This document shows, in pieces, positions 20,101 to 29,100 of a DNA stretch of 52,909 bases (the first letter of the stretch is position 1; every line of letters starts with the position of its first letter). The stretch covers positions 47,096-100,004 of the forward strand of contig CAYQUS010000006.1 of assembly GCA_964421015.1 (NCBI GenBank), written 5' to 3'. Position numbers and translations under genes: made by a program. This DNA is from an uncultured Planctomycetia bacterium (GTDB lineage Bacteria > Omnitrophota > Gorgyraeia > Tantalellales > Tantalellaceae). The notes beneath the pieces are model-generated. The model was not told the DNA's origin and did no database searches. It worked only from the letters and a program-made list of their open reading frames with translations.

Positions 20101-23100
20101 TGACATTGCGCATTTATCGAATGTGATAAAGTACTTTGCCGGTGACCTGAGCGGTGCCCGCCAGCTGGCTATTACGGCTTCCATCGCGAGAAAGATCAAA
20201 ATGGGAGGTGTTAAAAGCGGTATAGGGGCCCTGGCAATTATCCTTAAGGAGTTTGAGTTTAACTCCATTCACGTGCCGATAAGGATGCGGATACTCTTCA
20301 AGAACCTTTCGGCCATAGAAACGATGTTGAGAACGGTGGATGGAGGGGAGTTCAGGGATTATCTAAAGACGGTTATTGATCTAGAGCGAGAAGTTTCCGC
20401 GGAAAAGGAGACAGCGTCAAAAAGTTTTCATATGAGCGATGAAGCGCTTGCCGCTTTCAGAATTGAGATGCTTGAGCGGATCAAGGCAGGTAACAAGATG
20501 ACCATAGATGACGCGATAGGATATTTGGAAAGTGAAAAGGTTCCTGACTATTCTCCAATAATGATAGCTCTTGGAAACGCCAAAACCAAAGACCTCACAC
20601 GCGAAGATGATATAAACAGTCTTATGGAGGGTTTGAGTGAGGAAGAAGAGGTAGCATTAGCTATTCTTATCCAGCCCCGTCAGGGCGGGGGTGAGACCGG
20701 AGACACCGGCATCGTCGGAGAGATGCAGGAGGCGTCGCCTGTGCCCGAGGATGTTCATGTCGAAAAAGAAATCGAGGCTATGTCATCTGAAGCCGCACGT
20801 GAAAACAACGCCTATAATTACACGGTCTGTCTTGAACTGATAGCCGGGGATTACCATGCGAACATACCACTCACAGCTATCAATACGAATTTGGATGGCT
20901 CTGTAAGGGATGCCGAACTGTCAACAAAAACGCTAGTTGGCGTTCTAAACATACAAGATGACCGTTCCAAATACCTCTCCCTCCAGGAGATCACAAGAGC
21001 ATGTCCATTGTTAAGAGATACCTCCCAAGCAGGTAATGTATTAACCGAAGCACTAAGCATCGCCCGGAACATACAAGACGACTACTATAAATCACTCTCT
21101 CTCCAGGAGATCGCAAAGGCATATGTTTTGTTAAAAGACTATTCCCGGGCAGGTGAGATATTGCCCGAAGCGCTGAGTGTCGCCCTGAATATACTGAGTG
21201 ATCGTTCCAGATCCGTCTCTTTGCGGGAGATTGCAAGGGTATATATGACGATAGGCGTAGATGCCGGCCGTTTATCTGTGCTCCGGGGCCAATTTGAGAA
21301 CGTAAGGCGATTGGCGGAAGAGACATTCATGGATCCCAATATCGCGGGTCAAATCATAGCGACCCTGTTTAAAGAAAAAATATCTCCCGCTTCGATAAAT
21401 AACGAGAGCGACATAGTGGATCTCTTCTGGAAGATAAACGATCCGGCGGAGAAGAAGATCTTTTTAGAAAAGGTCATACAGCCCGCCTTTTTTAAAAATA
21501 GGTCGCTTTTTACGCAAGATGTGCTCGAAAAACTGCAAACGCTCTATCTCCGGGATGTCCCCGGGACGAAGCACATTCTCTTCTGGGCGAACATGAAAAG
21601 AGACGCGCCTTCTTTGTACCTTGATGAGGTTTTTAGCTTACATGGCTCCGTAGAAAGTATTCTTAAGAAAGGAAAGAAACGGGTATTGGTGGGCCATAAC
21701 GTGTATGACGGCCAGGGGGATGAGCTTATAATAAACGCCCCGCTTATCCAGGCGTTATTAGACTATAACCCTGAACTCGAAGTGACTATCATTACCCTTC
21801 GTCCATATCTTTACAGCCATCCCAGAATACATGTTCACGATATCGGGAAGGAAGATGTCGTTACGGATAGATTCTTTGATATGGTTGCGGATAGGCCCTT
21901 TGATATGGTTATTGAAGAATTCGATAGCTTGCCCGGATCCATAAAAACCGGCGCTTCGTTATTCCTTGACATAGAAATAGGTTCCATGTGGGGGTATAGG
22001 CCGCATCATGTTGAAAGAGGCGTCCAGAAGTATCATGTTGAGATAGAAGCTCAGAAGTATGTTATACAGATCGATGCCGATAACGTATATACCCCGGGGA
22101 TGGAGCTTATGGCCGAATTCGGACTTACTTTCAGGGCGGGTATTGAAAAAACGCAGAGTGGATGCATCTTCACATCTACTCCATATCAGATAGCCGAAGA
22201 TTATTGGGAAAACAAAGTATTACCCGCCGCCAAAGGCGCGAAAGAGATAGTTGTATTCAACGGTTTTGGGGGCATGCTTGAAGAGAAAGGATTCGCCCGC
22301 ACGTCTGAAGGCAGGGAGCAATTCCGAGAGGCGCTTACAGCCCTTATAGGTAGCGGGCGCTTTGTTGTTATTTTGCCAAACGATCAGGACTGGGGAACAG
22401 TCGAGGTGGCAAACACAATGATAAATTCGCTTTCTCCTGAGGCAAAGAAGTTCTGCATGATAGCCCCATCCCCTATCGAGGATCCTCTATTGCACAAATA
22501 CCTTGTCTCAAAGGCGGATCGGGTAGTGACAGTTGAAGGAGGCCTGATGCATCTCGCTTATAACATGGGCAAACCCTATGTTGTTCTTTTTGCGCAAGAC
22601 CCCGATACCATTAGAAGATGGGCTCCGGTGAGCGCGTCAAATGAGCAGAAGGCATATGTTTCCAACCTTTCCCCTGCAGCGATCATTGATAGTTATTTAA
22701 AGAACGTACCGCACCTTGCTCCAGCCATCGGGACGGCCGAACCCGAGACCGGCATCGTCGTCGCGATGAGCGGGGAGAAGGTGCCTGTGGTGGCGGAAGA
22801 AGCCCCCGAAGAGCGCGAGGCGCGCGAATTTATAGAAGCTAATGCTGACTTTGCCGCGGCGATAGCGCCGTATCGGTATCTTACAGACCGTTACGGTTAT
22901 CGCCCGTGGAAGGAACTGTACGACGCTGCCGGCCCCATTAAGTACGGCCATTTCGTTCAGGTTATCCCGGAACTTGCAAAGATCTTTACCAAAGAAAAGC
23001 TTATAGAATACTGGCCCGATATTGTCGAGATCGGTAAGACTGCTAGTTTCAATGTTCCATTACTTTTTTCTTCCATCCTGCCGGGACTAAAAAGTGCCTT

Positions 23101-26100
23101 CGGCACCGAATACTTGTCGGATATTCTCCGGTTGGGTAAAGAAGGTGGAAGTAACGGCTATCATGTTTTGGATGCTATCCTGAAACTCGAAGAAATTATT
23201 ACAACTAGAGATGAACTGAATAAGGTCGGAAGTGACCTCCTCGAACTCAGCAAGACGTCCGGAAAGAAAGGATGGCATCTTTTGGGTACGGGTATTTCGG
23301 CGGTCACAAAAACCTTCGCCGTCAAAGAGCTTAAAAACCGTTGGCCTGATCTCGTCAATATGGGTAAAGCGGCCGGAGTTGATGCAGGAAATCTTTTTGA
23401 ATACGGTATTCCGATGGTTGCGAAGGTTTTCACCGCAAAAGAGATGGATAGGGGTTGGCATTACCTTTCTAAGATAGCTATCGACGCCGGTCCGGCATCA
23501 TTATATCTTTTCGCGAAAGTGGTGCCGGCGCTCAGGGAATATCTTGTGGCCAAATGGGAGGATGAGGGATCGTTCGAAATGCCGCTACATGAGGTCGCAG
23601 CTGTTTTGTACGCGGAGGAAAAAGGACAAGACTTCGAGTTTGAGTTAAGTGCCAGGTCTGATGAAGAAAGTCTTGCCCGGATCGCGAGTCTGGCCTTGAA
23701 GTTTCTGGACGATAAAAAAGATCTCCACCTCCGGTATCTTGTCTATACCGGGAAATATGATGAAGTGAAAAAGTTGTTTGACGCTGGAGAATCTTCTCCA
23801 TCGGAGATCGCGGACATGGCTCTGGCAGTGAGGCAGGCCGATATAGCATCATATGCTACGGAGCTTGCTTTTTCAGGGAAGGACAGAGTCAAAACGGACA
23901 ATTACGGCAATATGATGCCGCTTCCTTACCTGGTACCGTTGAGTGACAGGATCGAAGTGCGGGCTGTTAGAAAAGAGGAGCTTATAAATGACCTTTCCAG
24001 CTTCGGGGTAAAAAAACCTTCAGAGGCGCTTGATGAAGCTTTAGCGAGGGGAGGTATGACAGTAAAGAACACCGCTGATGGTGATGTCATAGTCCCGGTT
24101 GTGCTCGATACCGTGTTGAGCGGTTACCGAGGGAGCCGCTCAGTTGATCATGTCAAGTCCACTTATCTTACATATGCTATCACTACCGTACTTTTTAAAT
24201 ACGCTAAGGATGGAGGTGCGCAGGCGAGTAGTGGCGAAAAAGGGGAAAGAGCCTCCGGGTTTACCGCCGTGCATGAGTTCGACGTCAATTTAATGAATCT
24301 TGCGGGGATGACCGAACGTTCGACAGATGACTATGTAGCGCGTGCTTTTTACTACGGTGAAGGTATGAGTCTGCCCGAATACGCCAGAAAAAGGAATATG
24401 GAAAACTATCCATTTACGCCCAGAGAGCAACTAGCCGAGCTTATGCGTTACCAGCGGAACGAACGCCGGGCAAAGCAGAACATCCGGCAGATATTCGAGT
24501 GGCTGTCGTCAGGCAGTCTAAGCGATGTCGAGGTCGCCTCCGCAATAGACGCCATGAGGAGAGAGCTCGCCGTGCTGGACCCGTGGTCCGGGACTTGCGG
24601 TCTGAATGAGGATTATTTCGACGCGGTGTACGGTTATCTTGACGGCAGATTCTTCGAAGATCTAACAACCGAATATAAGCCCGGCTCGGACAACAAGGTT
24701 ATTATCAACGGCCGGCTTAAAGATGCGATGTCGCGGCATAAGGTCCTGGTGACTCGGGCTGTCGGAGAGGCTCCGGAAGTGCGGTCCGATCATCCCTGGC
24801 TTGCTACAGGAATAACCCTGATCGACTATCTTGAAAACGAGGAGGTTATCCTTAAGGGAACGCCGAGTTACGCCGATCTTCGCACCATGAGAACGCCGGC
24901 GGATCTCGCGCCTGCCCCTGCGACCGGGGCGGCTGATCCGGAGACCCACGTCATCGGCGCGATGGACGAGGAGGAACCCGAGCCAGCTGCGCTCGCGGAA
25001 AAGAGCGGCAGTCATATGCCGGCTGGAACGGATAAGCTTTGGGTAGACGGTAGATTAAACAGCAGCGGCATTTTGCTTATGCACGCGTTAAACCATTTCC
25101 CTGAAGACGGGAGGCTTTATCCGAACAGTTATTTCGGGGACGAGCCCGTATTGATGAGAAATCCCCGCAACATCGTGGAGTTCTCATTCAATAATATCAT
25201 TCATTATTGGATGGAAGCCACATACATTGTCATCATACCGATGACTGCGATGCTGGATAGGCAATGGGTAAATATCTGGTATACAGCCACGTCTCATATG
25301 GGTCCGGTCTCTCTCCCTAAGGGTACGACAATAATGGTTCGAAGAGGCCGGGAGATATCAGAACAACAGATAGAGGCGTTAAAGGCAAAAGGTATAAGTA
25401 TTGTTTATTTCGATGAGAAAGGCTGGGCAGATTATGAAGCGGTCAATGTCGTTAAAGGCATGGGTTATGAACCTGTGACTATCTTTGGCGGTCCGTTTGG
25501 AGGGACAGATACAAGTTGGAAAAGTGAAAAGACGGATATGGATTACGGGAGCAAAGAAAACATGCCGCAGCTTAAGCAAGCCATAGGCCAACTGGCCGAA
25601 GAATTACATATTGCTTCAGCCGAGCCTACTTCCGAATATGACATAGGATACCTAACGATCTCTATGGAACTTCTGCATTCCGCATTTTTCGGAGGGGATC
25701 CGAACAGGCCTTCTGTCGATTGGGATGAATTCAACAGTTGTCACGAACGGGTTTTGAGAGACGGGAGATTTTCAGGGACCGAAGCTTGGACCAGGTTTAT
25801 GATGTTTGTTAAATTCTACAGGGACATATATCGTATTTACACTCTTGGGAACATGAAGTACCAGCACGCGTTGTTTTGGGTAAACCCAGATTATATAGAA
25901 TTTGCCATAGAAAATGACCCTGAGGAAGTTGAAGAGGCGTTGGTCTTGAGGGGCAGGATGCTGCAGGAATTCAATAAACTTTTTGATATCAATATCAGCG
26001 AAAGCGATCTTGCTTCAGAGGAAGATTTCAAGAAAGTTGCTGCTTTGGCGGCAGAAAAACGTTCTCAAGACGAAGCCGGCCTTCTTGCTTCCGCACCCAC

Positions 26101-29100
26101 CGCGAGCGGTGATCGAGTTGAAACTGCGGCCGCTGCTGACGGAGCGACCGATATCATCGGTGCGATGCTCGGGGATGCTGAACCCTCCGCACTGCCGGAT
26201 ACATACAGCTATTTCGCGAACGATCCTATAGGTAAAGATATTCCGAGAGAAGTAATTGAAGCCGGTATTACTGCGACAGGGAGAGGCGGTCTTTCATTCG
26301 GGTTTGCTAATTCCTCGGGCGAGATCCAGCTAAAGGCGCTCTCTAACAGTTTTAAGGAGCTTATTGCCCGGAAGAGATCTACCGGGGAGAGAACTCTAGT
26401 TATCCGCCAAATCGGACCGGGAGACGGCAGCGAAGCGGTTTCTATCTTGAGACGGCTTGACGATCTAATAGGATATGACCCGCAAGGAAAATGGGAGGTC
26501 ATAATAGATGTGGTTGATAATAACGAAAGTATTTTAGCGGAAGCCGAAGAGACCCTGGGAGCGGAGATGGCAGGGTTTGAGAATATAACGTGTAATGTCA
26601 GATATTCAAAAGCGGATGTTTTTGACGCGGCCGGTTTAAATGCGCTTAGAACAACCGGAGCGGCAGGCAGTACTGATTATATTATTTTCAGGAACGTGCT
26701 GAATATCAAACAGCATATCGACAGGGGGGATTTTGAATTAAAAGACATGGCGGCCTCGTTCATAGCTCTGCGGAATCTTATAGAGAACTTTGCCGGCGAG
26801 GATACAAAGCTTGTAATGGAGCCTTATCCGATACAGCCGCAGGACGGGCTTTTGGCCAACGGTATTTTGGATGCGGGCGATATAAAGAGTTTTCAAGAGG
26901 ACAACGGGTTCAGTAATTTTCTCAACTTGTTCGGAGCATCGGATATGATGCATATCGGCATATCAACGGCGTCGCCGGCAGAAGAGTTCCCGGCTGAGAT
27001 AAAGAACGAAGCGAAAAATATCCTGGAGGCAAGGATAGAAGCGTTAAAGGCCGATCCGGCACAGATATCAATGCTTATGGAAAATATCAGGGCGGCTTCC
27101 GTTCGGGGAAGAATGGATTTTGGAACGATCGCCGATATGGTAAAAGATTTTTATTTGATAACTTCCAGGGTGCCGCTCCCTGAAATTGAAGGCGGCAGGG
27201 AACCGGGCATACTTGAGTATGAGAGCGCCGGAGGTACTGTAAGATTTTTTGACGTCAATATCGGGACGATGGAGCCTGATGGCAAGGTTCTTTTGGCGCC
27301 AGAACTGTCTTCCGGTGATATCGGAATGGTTGTAAGGAATTCTGAAGATTATTTCAGGAACAATAAAGGACGTATAGCCGATATGGCCGCTGCCCGTTCT
27401 CTTGAAGCGGCGCGTAGTTTTATGTCGTTAGGGGAAGACAGAGAAGAGGAGAGAAAGAGCGCTCTTGAGGGCATGTGGAGGGATATCGTCGAGGAATCAA
27501 ACAGCTCCGACGAAATATGGTGTTTGGGCGCGGTATCCAGATTGAGCGCGTTACTGGCCATACACAAATATCTCGAGAGTGAAATGGGAGTCATCTTGCC
27601 GAGTTATTACAGATTTGTCACCGATACCGGTTCTTTTGAGGGTCAGGTAAAAGATAAAGGCCAAAGTTCTCCGATAGGGATTCTGGGGGAAAAGGTCGGG
27701 TTTGCCGTCGGGGTCTCAAAAGGCGATATTGAGAACATGCTGAAGAGCGGGACATTGGCCCATCCCGAGACGGGCGATTTAATAGAGCTTACAGAACGCG
27801 ATAAAGACAGGCTCAGCCGGCTTATTTCCGGTGCGGAGAAAGATGTATATGTTATTTCTTACGCTGATCTTTCCAGGGAAAAGTTAGAGGATATGCTTCC
27901 TAACCTTGGGAAATATATAGTCTCTTCCTTTGAGCCTCGCGCTGCGGAGATAGCTGAGGAGGTAATACAAGAGGATCCGGCCGACCGGACGGATGGCGAA
28001 GGCATGAGCCGCAGGGGTTTTCTAAAAGGAGTGGGGGCGATAGCTCTTACCGCGGCTATGGACACGGCGGCCTTGGACGTTGAAAGTTTCCTGGCCGAGG
28101 CTACCCCCGAAGAATTGGCGGAAAAATTGTTGACCCGGGATAATATCGACGAAACAAGCTTTGAAAAGATGACGAACGAATATGAGTATCTGACCCAGGC
28201 TTTCAGTAATACGAATTTCAGGGAATTTTCCAGGCACAAACCATCTGAAAAAGAGATAAGTTTTCTTGCCGGGTTAATAAGACACTGCCAGAAAGTGGAT
28301 ACTGAGAAACTAAACAAGCTGCTCGGGGCCGTTGAGAATGTGATTATCATAGAGAACGGTCCTCATGACGGAGGGGCGGGTTTTGGTGTGTTTTCCAATA
28401 ACAGCGTTGTGCTTGAATTTGACAGCGATCTGCCCACACTGAGCGAGGTGAGTACGCCGATATACGCGGGCCTTTTAATACATGAGGCGGCGCATGTGGA
28501 AGGGGCAAGAAAGGAAGTGCCTATAGAAGGCATATTGTCAGAAATATATGCCCGGCTCGAAGTTCTTGATTGGAAAGGTGTAGGCGCTAATTCCCAGTCC
28601 TGGATAGACGAAGAGCAGTATATGGTAGACATGATCACTTTGGGTATAGAGAAAGTTAAGGCGGAAAAGTCTATTGCCGGCACAAAGGTAACGCGGCACG
28701 ATATGGAAAAATCTGAAGCCGGCAAGGTATGGGACTACTACTGGGCTAATGGCGTTACAAGAATGGAAGCGGTCAGATTTATGGGCGCCGCGCGAGGTCT
28801 TTTGATGATGGAGGGCTACGCCGATTCCGAGGTAAAGTATATTTCCGGCACTGACAAACTTCGCCCTGACACGAAAGAGAGGGAAAAGGGACAGCCGGTG
28901 AAGGGGTATTGGATAGCATTTGATCTGGGAGGCGGGAAAACAGCTGAAATATTCTCAGGTGTAGATGAGAAAGGCGTTCTGTACGTCTTTTATGAAGGCG
29001 AGTGGACAAAGCTTTCGTTTAAACTTGAAGAGGCCAAGGCGAAGATGGGCCGGGGATTTGACGGCATAGGGGAATTGACCGTAGCCGCGTCGGCAAAATG

